Part shown: positions 1 to 7,122 of the stretch, piece after piece | Layout of the letters: each line of letters begins with the position of its first letter | Numbering within the stretch: position 1 is the stretch's first letter | From: an uncultured Succinatimonas sp. | GTDB taxonomy: Bacteria; Pseudomonadota; Gammaproteobacteria; Enterobacterales; Succinivibrionaceae | Length of the DNA stretch: 64,000 nt | Assembly: GCA_900316375.1 (NCBI GenBank) | Contig: ONCS01000014.1 | Coordinates: 16,460-80,459, forward strand | Direction of reading: 5' to 3' | Notes under the pieces: generated by a model | What the model was told of the DNA's origin: nothing | Databases searched by the model: none | The model's input: the letters and a program-made list of their open reading frames with translations, nothing else | Program-made: the position numbers and the translations under genes

Positions 1-600
1 TAAAGCATTGTAAACTACAGTATCTGAATCAACATCGTAGTGTAAATTGGTTACAAGACCTATATTAAAGCCATTGTAGTTAATGTTAGTACCTGCTGAA
101 ATTACCTTTTTAGTGTGTCCTATTAACTTAATAGGAATAGTTGATTCATCAAGACCTAAAGGTTCATCTTTTAAGCATTCAAATTCATCAGAGTATTCTT
201 CAGAACTACCTTTATACATCTGAATATAAGAGCCAGAGAGGATAGTATCTAAGCCTGAAATTGAATGATATTGAATACGAGGTTTTACGACCCAGAACAA
301 TGAATCCTCATTTAAAAGTTCATCAGTGTCTGGGTTCATTCTAATTTGAGCAATCGCACCTTTAAAATCATGAGATAAAGTAATGTTCTCAACAATACCT
401 ACATTTACTGATCTTAGCTTTACAAGGGTCTTTCCAACTTCAATACCGGAGGCATCATCCATGTAAAGCTCAATTAACTTTCCTTTGTTGAAGGTATTTT
501 GCCAAATCAGTATTGAAGTAATAATTAAAGCTAGGATGGGCACTAGCCAATATAAAGAGATCTTCTTTTTCTTTACAAGCTTACTTGTTGCTTCCGTCAT
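1..600 (-). CDS. pqiB: PqiB/LetB-family MCE-domain intermembrane transport protein, N-terminal 200 codons (runs off window start)
   Basis: Manual translation from ATG at 600: MTEATSKLVKKKKISLYWLVPILALIITSILIWQNTFNKG..., with the PqiB/YebT N-terminal WLVP-x-LAL anchor. Overlaps the pqiA stop by 20 nt. Not in the ORF track. Confidence 0.85.
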   Translation of the reverse strand, partial: MTEATSKLVKKKKISLYWLVPILALIITSILIWQNTFNKGKLIELYMDDASGIEVGKTLVKLRSVNVGIVENITLSHDFKGAIAQIRMNPDTDELLNEDSLFWVVKPRIQYHSISGLDTILSGSYIQMYKGSSEEYSDEFECLKDEPLGLDESTIPIKLIGHTKKVISAGTNINYNGFNIGLVTNLHYDVDSDTVVYNAL

Positions 601-1804
601 TTTGAGCCTCAAGATCCCAAATTAACCTTTCGTCAAAGGCTTCAGCTGAGAATACTGTAATTAAAACCACACTACAGAAACATATTATGGCAAAGCCTGG
701 GCTTATGCTTAATAAGTTTCCAATACGTACAATTGATGCCATGATAATAACTACATACACATCAATTAAGGACCAGCGTCCTATAAACAAGACAAAGCGA
801 TATAACTTACTTACTCTTCTTTTTACTAAGATTTTTGAGTATTTTGTAGCATATAGAATAAAAGCAAGTGAAACAATTTTAAAGGCCGGAATAAAAATTG
901 AAGCAAGTAAAATAATAAATGCCACAAAGTATGATCCCATATTCCACATGGCAATCACACCTTCAATAATATTAGAACCAGTCTCTGAGCCGATGAATCT
1001 TGTATACATCACAGGATACAAATTTGAAGGTAAATAAAGGATTAAAGCAGCAATAAGTAGTGCGCAGCTTTTAGAAATACAAGATTTAGCTCTATAACTT
1101 ACTTTACTTTTACATCTTGGGCAAAGATCTTCATCTGTATTTGCTTTAAATACATACCCACATTCTCTACATGTCTTATAGCCTTGCTCTTTAGCAGTAA
1201 TGCCTGATACTAAATATAAATCTTCTTGCTCTTTTAACTTATTCCAAATTTTTTGAGGTTTATAGTTAATACAGCACCATAAAAGCAACACCGAGAAGAT
1301 AAAGGTTGTATAAAAACCTATGTAAAAATCAACATCAGCAAGACTTGTAAGCTTAATTAAACTTACCACAATACCTAATACAAACACATCAACCATGCAT
1401 AAACTATGGTTAAAGGTATAAAGCTTAGCAAAGAGAATATTAAACCTTAAATTAAATCCGCCTGACAAAACAATGGAGACTAAAACATAAACAGGGGCAA
1501 AAAAAGTAAAGAATAAGAAAGAATATAAAAGCAAGCCCCAGTCTCTTTGCAGAATACTTACAATTGAATATAAGGACATACTTGCGCCTGTGCCCATAGC
1601 TGAAATGGACATAAAAGGCTCAATAATGCTAATTGCTAGGAATAATAAAGCAGAAAAAGCAACGATAGAAATATCAGTTGCTTTTAAAAGAGATGGCGAT
1701 AAAAGGACTCTACCGCATCGAGGACAGACACAGTTGTAATCATTCTTGAGATTGTCTATGTTAACAACTAGATCACAAGATCTACATACAACTTGTTTTG
1801 CCAA
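581..1804 (-). CDS. pqiA: PqiA/YebS-family inner membrane protein (two PqiA domains)
   Basis: Two CxxC...CPRC zinc-ribbon motifs, each followed by hydrophobic helices, plus the GRWSLIDVYVV motif. TTG start is uncertain. Confidence 0.85.
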   Translation of the reverse strand: MAKQVVCRSCDLVVNIDNLKNDYNCVCPRCGRVLLSPSLLKATDISIVAFSALLFLAISIIEPFMSISAMGTGASMSLYSIVSILQRDWGLLLYSFLFFTFFAPVYVLVSIVLSGGFNLRFNILFAKLYTFNHSLCMVDVFVLGIVVSLIKLTSLADVDFYIGFYTTFIFSVLLLWCCINYKPQKIWNKLKEQEDLYLVSGITAKEQGYKTCRECGYVFKANTDEDLCPRCKSKVSYRAKSCISKSCALLIAALILYLPSNLYPVMYTRFIGSETGSNIIEGVIAMWNMGSYFVAFIILLASIFIPAFKIVSLAFILYATKYSKILVKRRVSKLYRFVLFIGRWSLIDVYVVIIMASIVRIGNLLSISPGFAIICFCSVVLITVFSAEAFDERLIWDLEAQNDGSNK

Positions 1805-1810
1805 TTCCTC

Positions 1811-2341
1811 TTACTTAAACCCTTCCATTAAGATAACTTTGTTTTGTTTTAAAGATTCTTGTACATTGATAATTCTTTGATTAGAACTACCTCTAAAATC
1901 AAGCTCTAATGATTTTTTAGCAAGTACGAAAGGACCGTCTACAACTACATCACAAAGCTCTAAAAGTCTTCTGCGCTGTGGATCATTTGCTAGCTTATCA
2001 AAGACAAAACCAGAATAAGCCCAAATGTTGTAACCTTTTGCTCTTAAAATCTTAGCCATAATTGACAAAGGAGTTGGCTGGATAAAAGGTTCACCACCAG
2101 AAAATGTAACACCAGTGGTTAATGGATTTTCAACAATCTCATCGTATAAAACACGAAGAGTTACATCCATACCACCAGATAAGGACTGTGATTGCACATT
2201 ATGGCAACCACGACAATGAAATGGGCATCCTTGTGTAAAAATCACATAACGAATGCCTGGGCCATCCACGATAGACTCAGGAACGGCTCCGGCAATTCTT
2301 ACAGTAGTTTTATCAAGGATTGACAAATCTAAAGATTCCAT
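1811..2341 (-). CDS. nrdG: Anaerobic ribonucleotide reductase activating radical SAM enzyme
   Basis: CPFHCRGCHN (CxxxCxxC), SIVDGPGIR, GVTFSGGEP, FRGSSNQR motifs; adjacent to nrdD. Confidence 0.95.
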   Translation of the reverse strand: MESLDLSILDKTTVRIAGAVPESIVDGPGIRYVIFTQGCPFHCRGCHNVQSQSLSGGMDVTLRVLYDEIVENPLTTGVTFSGGEPFIQPTPLSIMAKILRAKGYNIWAYSGFVFDKLANDPQRRRLLELCDVVVDGPFVLAKKSLELDFRGSSNQRIINVQESLKQNKVILMEGFK

Positions 2342-2347
2342 GAACTA

Positions 2348-2506
2348 TTAAACGTGCATGTGCTTTACACGATCACGCTCTTCAGCGCGCTTACCATCGT
2401 TAAAACGATCTAAAGTACCAACTAAATAGCCGGTAACACGTCTAATTCTCTCAAACTTGACGCCCTGACCTACAACACCGTTACGAACGTGTAGTCTTGT
2501 TTGCAT
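2348..2506 (-). CDS. Stand-alone NrdD C-terminal glycyl-radical peptide, 52 aa
   Basis: Manual translation MQTRLHVRNGVVGQGVKFERIRRVTGYLVGTLDRFNDGKRAEERDRVKHMHV. RRVTGYL is the class III RNR glycyl-radical motif (Gly26, codon 2431-2429). SD AAAGGAG upstream; double stop TAA TAG. Below the 60-aa limit of the track. Confidence 0.92.
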   Translation of the reverse strand: MQTRLHVRNGVVGQGVKFERIRRVTGYLVGTLDRFNDGKRAEERDRVKHMHV

Positions 2507-2591
2507 TTAAAGTCTCCTTTACTTATTTCTAAGTAATTTTATTATTTTTCTTGTTTAATATATTTGCTGTTTTAGGTGATTGTAGTACTTT

Positions 2592-4859
2592 TTAACCAGT
2601 ACAAATGCAACCTACGCCTAATTTCTTTAATCTTTCGATGCTTACACCTTCACCATCACGACGACCGCAACGAGGGCAAGTATCACCAATTACGCCAACG
2701 TAATTACATACAGGACAACGATCAACTGGGTGGTTAATAGAACCATAACCTACGCCACATTCTTTCATCCATAGAATTACTTTCTCAAAGGCTTCAACAT
2801 TCTTAGTTAAGTCACCATCCATTTCAACGTATGAAATAGAACCTGCATTACATAACTCGTGGAAAGGACCTTCAATTCTAATCTTGTCAGCAGCTGAGAT
2901 ATTGTAGTAAACAGGTACGTGGAAACTGTTAGTGTAGTAATCTCTGTCAGTTACGCCCTTAATTTCACCGTAGATCTTCTTATCAATCTTAACAAAGCGG
3001 CCTGATAGACCTTCAGCTGGAGTTGAGAATAATGAGAAGTTTAGACCTGTATCTACAGTGTGCTGATCACATAGATCACGCATGTGCTTTAAGATCTTGT
3101 AACCTAAATCATAAGCTTCTTTGCTTTCACCATGGTGCTTGCCAATTAAAGCAACTAAGCACTCAGCAAGACCAATAAAGCCTACAGACATAGTACCGTT
3201 TTTAATTACATCTTCAATGTAATCTTCTGGATCTAGTCTTTCAGAACCAACCCAAACACCTTGTCCCATTAAGAATGGATAATTTAAAACCTGCTTTTTA
3301 GCAATAATTTCAAATCTGTCCATTAACTGAACAAATACCATGTTGATTAATTTATCTAATGATTCAAAGAACTTACTAATTGAACCATGAGCTTCAATTG
3401 CTAATCTTGGTAGGTTGATAGTGGTAAATGATAAGTTACCACGACCAGGAATTACTTCCTTAGTCTTATCATAGTAATTTGAAACTACACGAGTACGGCA
3501 ACCCATTAAAGCTACTTCAGTCTCAGGATGACCTTCCTTATAGTATTGAGCATTATAAGGAGCATCTAAGAATGAGAAGTTAGGGAATAATCTCTTTGCA
3601 GATACCTTGCAAGCTAATTCAAATAAGTCAAAGTTTGGATCACCTTTCTTGGTATTGATGCCATCTTTAACCTTGAAAATCTGTACAGGGAAAATAGGGG
3701 TTTCACCGCCACCTAAACCTGCATCAGTTGCTAAAAGTACATTCTTCATAATCATACGATGCTCAGGCATGGTACCTGTACCGTAGTTAATTGATGAGAA
3801 TGGAACCTGAGCACCAGCACGTGATTGCATTGAGTTTAAGTTATGAATTAAAGCTTCCATTGCCTGATAGGTCTCACGCTCAGTTAGCTTAATAGCTTCA
3901 CTCATAATGTAATCATAATCAGCACTGTGGTCATGATCAGGATCGGCTACTTTTAAAGTCTCAATAACTTTAGCTTTAATTAAAGCTTGAACTTCATCTG
4001 ATAAGTTAGTGTTATACTTTTCGTATAACTCTTTGCAATATTGCTTTAAGTTATCTACATTAGCACTGTCATTGCGCAGACAAATGCAAACAACTTTGCA
4101 TAAGTGCTTAGCATAAGAAACAGCAACATATGGTGCTAAGTCATACTCAAATAGAGGAATTGACTGACCACCGTGCATGTCATTTTGGTTTGACTGAATA
4201 GCAATACAGCTTAGAGCTGCAGCTGATTGAATAGATTGAGGCTCACGTAAGAAACCGTGACCAGTACTAAAACCGCGCTTAAATAGATCTTTTAGACCAA
4301 TTTGGCAGCAGTTGATAGTTAGCATGTAGAAGTCTAAATCATGAATATGAATATCGCCACGAGCATGAGCAATTGAGTGCTCAGGACGTAATACATAACG
4401 GCGAACGTAATCTTTAGCACCTTCTGAACCAAAGCGTAGCATTAAGCCCATAGGAGCATTAGCATCGATATTAGCGTTCTCACGCTTTAAATCCATGTCA
4501 GCAGTGCTCTTAGAAGTAAGATCACGATAAATTCTTGTTAAGTCAGTGTTGTAATTTCTTACATTTGAACGATTTTGACGGTAAAGAATAAAGTTCTTTG
4601 CTTCATCAGCTAGATCAGCTTGAATAAGAACTTTTTCGATAAGATCTTGGGTATTTTCAACAGAAGGCTCTTCAAGATTTTGTTTTTCAATCTCTGAAAC
4701 TACTTTACGAGTTAGTTTTTCAACTACCTCTTCTTCATGTTGAGATGTGCTCTTATCATCAGGATGAACAGAAATAAGTGCTTTGCGAATAGCATTAGCA
4801 ATTTTATCTTCGTTGAAAGATACTTTACGGCCATCTCTCTTAACAATGAATCTAATCAT
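2592..4859 (-). CDS. nrdD: Class III (anaerobic) ribonucleoside-triphosphate reductase large chain lacking the glycyl-radical C-terminus
   Basis: N-terminal ATP cone (IVKRDGRKVSFNEDKI), INCCQ and LMGCRT active-site cysteine segments, STPAEGLSGRF, zinc site CPVC-x9-CPRC. No RRxxGY motif before the stop. Confidence 0.95.
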   Translation of the reverse strand: MIRFIVKRDGRKVSFNEDKIANAIRKALISVHPDDKSTSQHEEEVVEKLTRKVVSEIEKQNLEEPSVENTQDLIEKVLIQADLADEAKNFILYRQNRSNVRNYNTDLTRIYRDLTSKSTADMDLKRENANIDANAPMGLMLRFGSEGAKDYVRRYVLRPEHSIAHARGDIHIHDLDFYMLTINCCQIGLKDLFKRGFSTGHGFLREPQSIQSAAALSCIAIQSNQNDMHGGQSIPLFEYDLAPYVAVSYAKHLCKVVCICLRNDSANVDNLKQYCKELYEKYNTNLSDEVQALIKAKVIETLKVADPDHDHSADYDYIMSEAIKLTERETYQAMEALIHNLNSMQSRAGAQVPFSSINYGTGTMPEHRMIMKNVLLATDAGLGGGETPIFPVQIFKVKDGINTKKGDPNFDLFELACKVSAKRLFPNFSFLDAPYNAQYYKEGHPETEVALMGCRTRVVSNYYDKTKEVIPGRGNLSFTTINLPRLAIEAHGSISKFFESLDKLINMVFVQLMDRFEIIAKKQVLNYPFLMGQGVWVGSERLDPEDYIEDVIKNGTMSVGFIGLAECLVALIGKHHGESKEAYDLGYKILKHMRDLCDQHTVDTGLNFSLFSTPAEGLSGRFVKIDKKIYGEIKGVTDRDYYTNSFHVPVYYNISAADKIRIEGPFHELCNAGSISYVEMDGDLTKNVEAFEKVILWMKECGVGYGSINHPVDRCPVCNYVGVIGDTCPRCGRRDGEGVSIERLKKLGVGCICTG

Positions 4860-5156
4860 GTTTAGTCCAATTTGCTTATGTTTATAGTAAAAATTAAAAA
4901 GCTTGTAAGTTAAGGAAACTAACTTAAAATTTTTTTTGTTATTTATTATATAGTTAGAAAAATTTATATATAAATCAATAGGTTAGCTACTTAAATAAGT
5001 TGTGTATATTATGTACAATACGCTCCTATGTTTCAATTCAATTTTTTATATAAATTTTTAGTCTAAGACTTGACACGCATTTTCATGCATTTTATTGATA
5101 ATGCTTCTTGACAAGATCTTTTTAGTAATAATTTCAGATAATTAAGCTTATAAATA

Positions 5157-6203
5157 ATGTTTACTTTATTTTGCGACGTAATTGATAACTATGGTGATGC
5201 AGGCGTTTGTTTAAGGCTTTGTCGCGATCTTTGTGTAAAAAATTATCAAGTAACCTTTTTTTGCAATAATTTAGAAACCTTATCCAAAATTCTCACTAAA
5301 GAGGATCGAGAAAGCCCTCTGTTAAAAATCTTACCTTGGCCAAAAGAAACAGAAGAATATTCACTTAATAAGGTAATAATTCAAGCTTTTTCCGTAAGAC
5401 TTCCTAGTTTTATCTTAGAAAAAATAAAAAAAGAACACTGTGAAGTTATTAATCTTGAATATCTCACAGCAGAGACCTTTGCTGAAGATTGTCACACCTT
5501 GCCATCCTTTGCTGATGGTATGCAAAGTTACTTTTTCTTTCCAGGCTTTACTAAAAAGACTGGAGGAGTGGTAATTGAAGATAATTTTCTTTCAAAAATA
5601 AGGAATAAGACACAAAGTTCTGATTACATGACTTTATTTAGTTATGAAAATAATAAGGTAATGACATTTTTAAATAACCTTAAAAAAGTAGGTTCTCTAA
5701 ATAAAGTTTTAGTTTTTGAAGGAAAGCCATTAGACAACCTAAATAAACTTTTAGGTACTAATTTAAAAGTCGGCGATACCTACCAATTTGATAATTTAAC
5801 AATCGTTGTTAAAGAAATGGTAGGACAAGATGAATATGACACTATACTTGCTAATGCAAAAATCAATTTAGTAAGAGGAGAAGATTCAATTGTCAGAGCT
5901 ATGATTACAGGAGTTCCTTTCTTATGGCATATCTACCCTCAAGATGAAGATGCTCATAAATTCAAAATTTTAGCTTTATTTGAAAGAATGAAAGAGTATT
6001 GCCAAAATAAAGATGCTATAGAAAAGTTACAAGAACTTACTTTAAGCTATAACGGATTTTCTGACTATATAAATGATTTTGATATAGCTGAGTTTATGGA
6101 AGATTGGCAAGAAATCTCCAAACAATGGTCTGAGCATTTAATATCATTAGGCTCCCTTACAAACAATCTTTTAGATTTCATTAATCAAAAAATTACTCTA
6201 TAA
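5157..6203 (+). CDS. earP: EF-P arginine rhamnosyltransferase EarP
   Basis: FCDVIDNYGD, NLEYLTAE, FFFPGF, VRGEDS, LWHIYPQDEDAH motifs; directly upstream of an Arg32-type efp. Confidence 0.93.
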   Translation: MFTLFCDVIDNYGDAGVCLRLCRDLCVKNYQVTFFCNNLETLSKILTKEDRESPLLKILPWPKETEEYSLNKVIIQAFSVRLPSFILEKIKKEHCEVINLEYLTAETFAEDCHTLPSFADGMQSYFFFPGFTKKTGGVVIEDNFLSKIRNKTQSSDYMTLFSYENNKVMTFLNNLKKVGSLNKVLVFEGKPLDNLNKLLGTNLKVGDTYQFDNLTIVVKEMVGQDEYDTILANAKINLVRGEDSIVRAMITGVPFLWHIYPQDEDAHKFKILALFERMKEYCQNKDAIEKLQELTLSYNGFSDYINDFDIAEFMEDWQEISKQWSEHLISLGSLTNNLLDFINQKITL

Positions 6204-6226
6204 CTTGATAAAATAAAGCATAAAAG

Positions 6227-6235
6227 TGTTAAAAT
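6227..6235 (+). promoter_or_regulatory. Candidate extended -10 sigma70 promoter for efp
   Basis: TG-T-TAAAAT at 6227-6235; TTGATA at 6205-6210 (19-bp spacer). Confidence 0.5.
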
Positions 6236-6444
6236 AGCGTGTTAGCTTTGCTTAAAATGCGATTTTTAAGTGAAATCAAGGATGATCTTATAAGAGATTA
6301 AGTAAGCTTAATCGTCCTACACAGTTTCTTGTGGCAAGGATCTGACAAGACATCATCAACGGCTTAAATAAGCCGAATGTATGGCTAGATTAAGATCTTG
6401 CCTTCAAATATATATTCTTAACTTTAATTTTAAAGGGTTTTACA

Positions 6445-7008
6445 ATGAAGTTAGCTCAAGAAGTACGTGCTGGTAACGTAATCATGTTAAACGGCGCTCC
6501 AATGATCGTTCAAAAGGCTGAGTACAGCAAATCAGGTCGTAACGCAGCTGTTGTTAAGATGAAGTTAAAGAACCTTCTACAAAACGGCGGTACCGAGACT
6601 GTTTTCCGTGCTGATGACCGTTTAGACGACGTTATCCTAGAGCACAAGGATTGCACCTACTCATACTACGGTGATCCTCTATACGTATTCATGGACGAAG
6701 AGTTCAACCAGTACGAAATCGAAAAAGACAACATGGGTGATATCCTAAACTACCTAGTTGACGGTATGGAAGATGTTTGCCAGGTTACCTTCTACAATGG
6801 TAAGGCTATCTCTGTTGAGTTACCTATCACCATCGTTCGCGAAGTTGAGTACACTGAGCCAGCTGTTAAGGGTGATACCTCAGGTAAAGTTGTTAAGCCA
6901 GCTCGCTTAGCAGGTACCGGTTACACCATTTCAGTTCCTGATTTCGTAAACATCGGCGACAAGATTGAAATTGATACTCGTACCAACGAGTTCAAGAAGC
7001 GTGTTTAA
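6445..7008 (+). CDS. efp: Translation elongation factor P (Arg32, rhamnosylation type)
   Basis: EF-P sequence with KSGR32NAA loop (codon 6538-6540), [15 protein letters not shown]. Confidence 0.97.
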   Translation: MKLAQEVRAGNVIMLNGAPMIVQKAEYSKSGRNAAVVKMKLKNLLQNGGTETVFRADDRLDDVILEHKDCTYSYYGDPLYVFMDEEFNQYEIEKDNMGDILNYLVDGMEDVCQVTFYNGKAISVELPITIVREVEYTEPAVKGDTSGKVVKPARLAGTGYTISVPDFVNIGDKIEIDTRTNEFKKRV

Positions 7009-7028
7009 TTAACTATTTTTAGTTAATT
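7007..7028. terminator. AT-rich hairpin after efp
   Basis: AATTAACTA-TTTT-TAGTTAATT inverted repeat overlapping the efp stop. Confidence 0.4.
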
Positions 7029-7085
7029 TCATGCAAAAGGCCTCAAATTGGAACACTAAAAAACGTATCTAGTTTGAGAGAGTAA

Positions 7086-7114
7086 TAAAAAAGCTCGCAG
7101 TAAATGCGGGCTTT
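7086..7114 (-). terminator. Intrinsic terminator of the transposase gene
   Basis: Minus strand AAAGCCCGCA-TTTAC-TGCGAGCTTT followed by a T run, just after the transposase stop. Confidence 0.7.
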
Positions 7115-7122
7115 ATTCTTAG

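Noticed and set aside
687-1037. 116-aa plus-strand ORF
   Set aside because: Antisense shadow of pqiA; no recognisable motif.
2507-2591. Frameshift, sequencing error, read-through or self-splicing intron explaining the nrdD break
   Set aside because: The gap is 85 nt of unstructured AT-rich DNA, far too short for a group I/II intron. The large chain has a non-homologous tail before its stop, and the small ORF has its own strong SD and N-terminal extension.
4860-5156. NrdR boxes or an FNR site upstream of nrdD
   Set aside because: Best candidates (ATTTATTATATAGTTA near 4940; TATAT-N4-ATCAA near 4966) match poorly and are expected in such AT-rich DNA.
6257-6301. 14-aa ORF MRFLSEIKDDLIRD in the efp leader as an EF-P-sensing leader peptide
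   Set aside because: No prolines or stalling motif and no SD.
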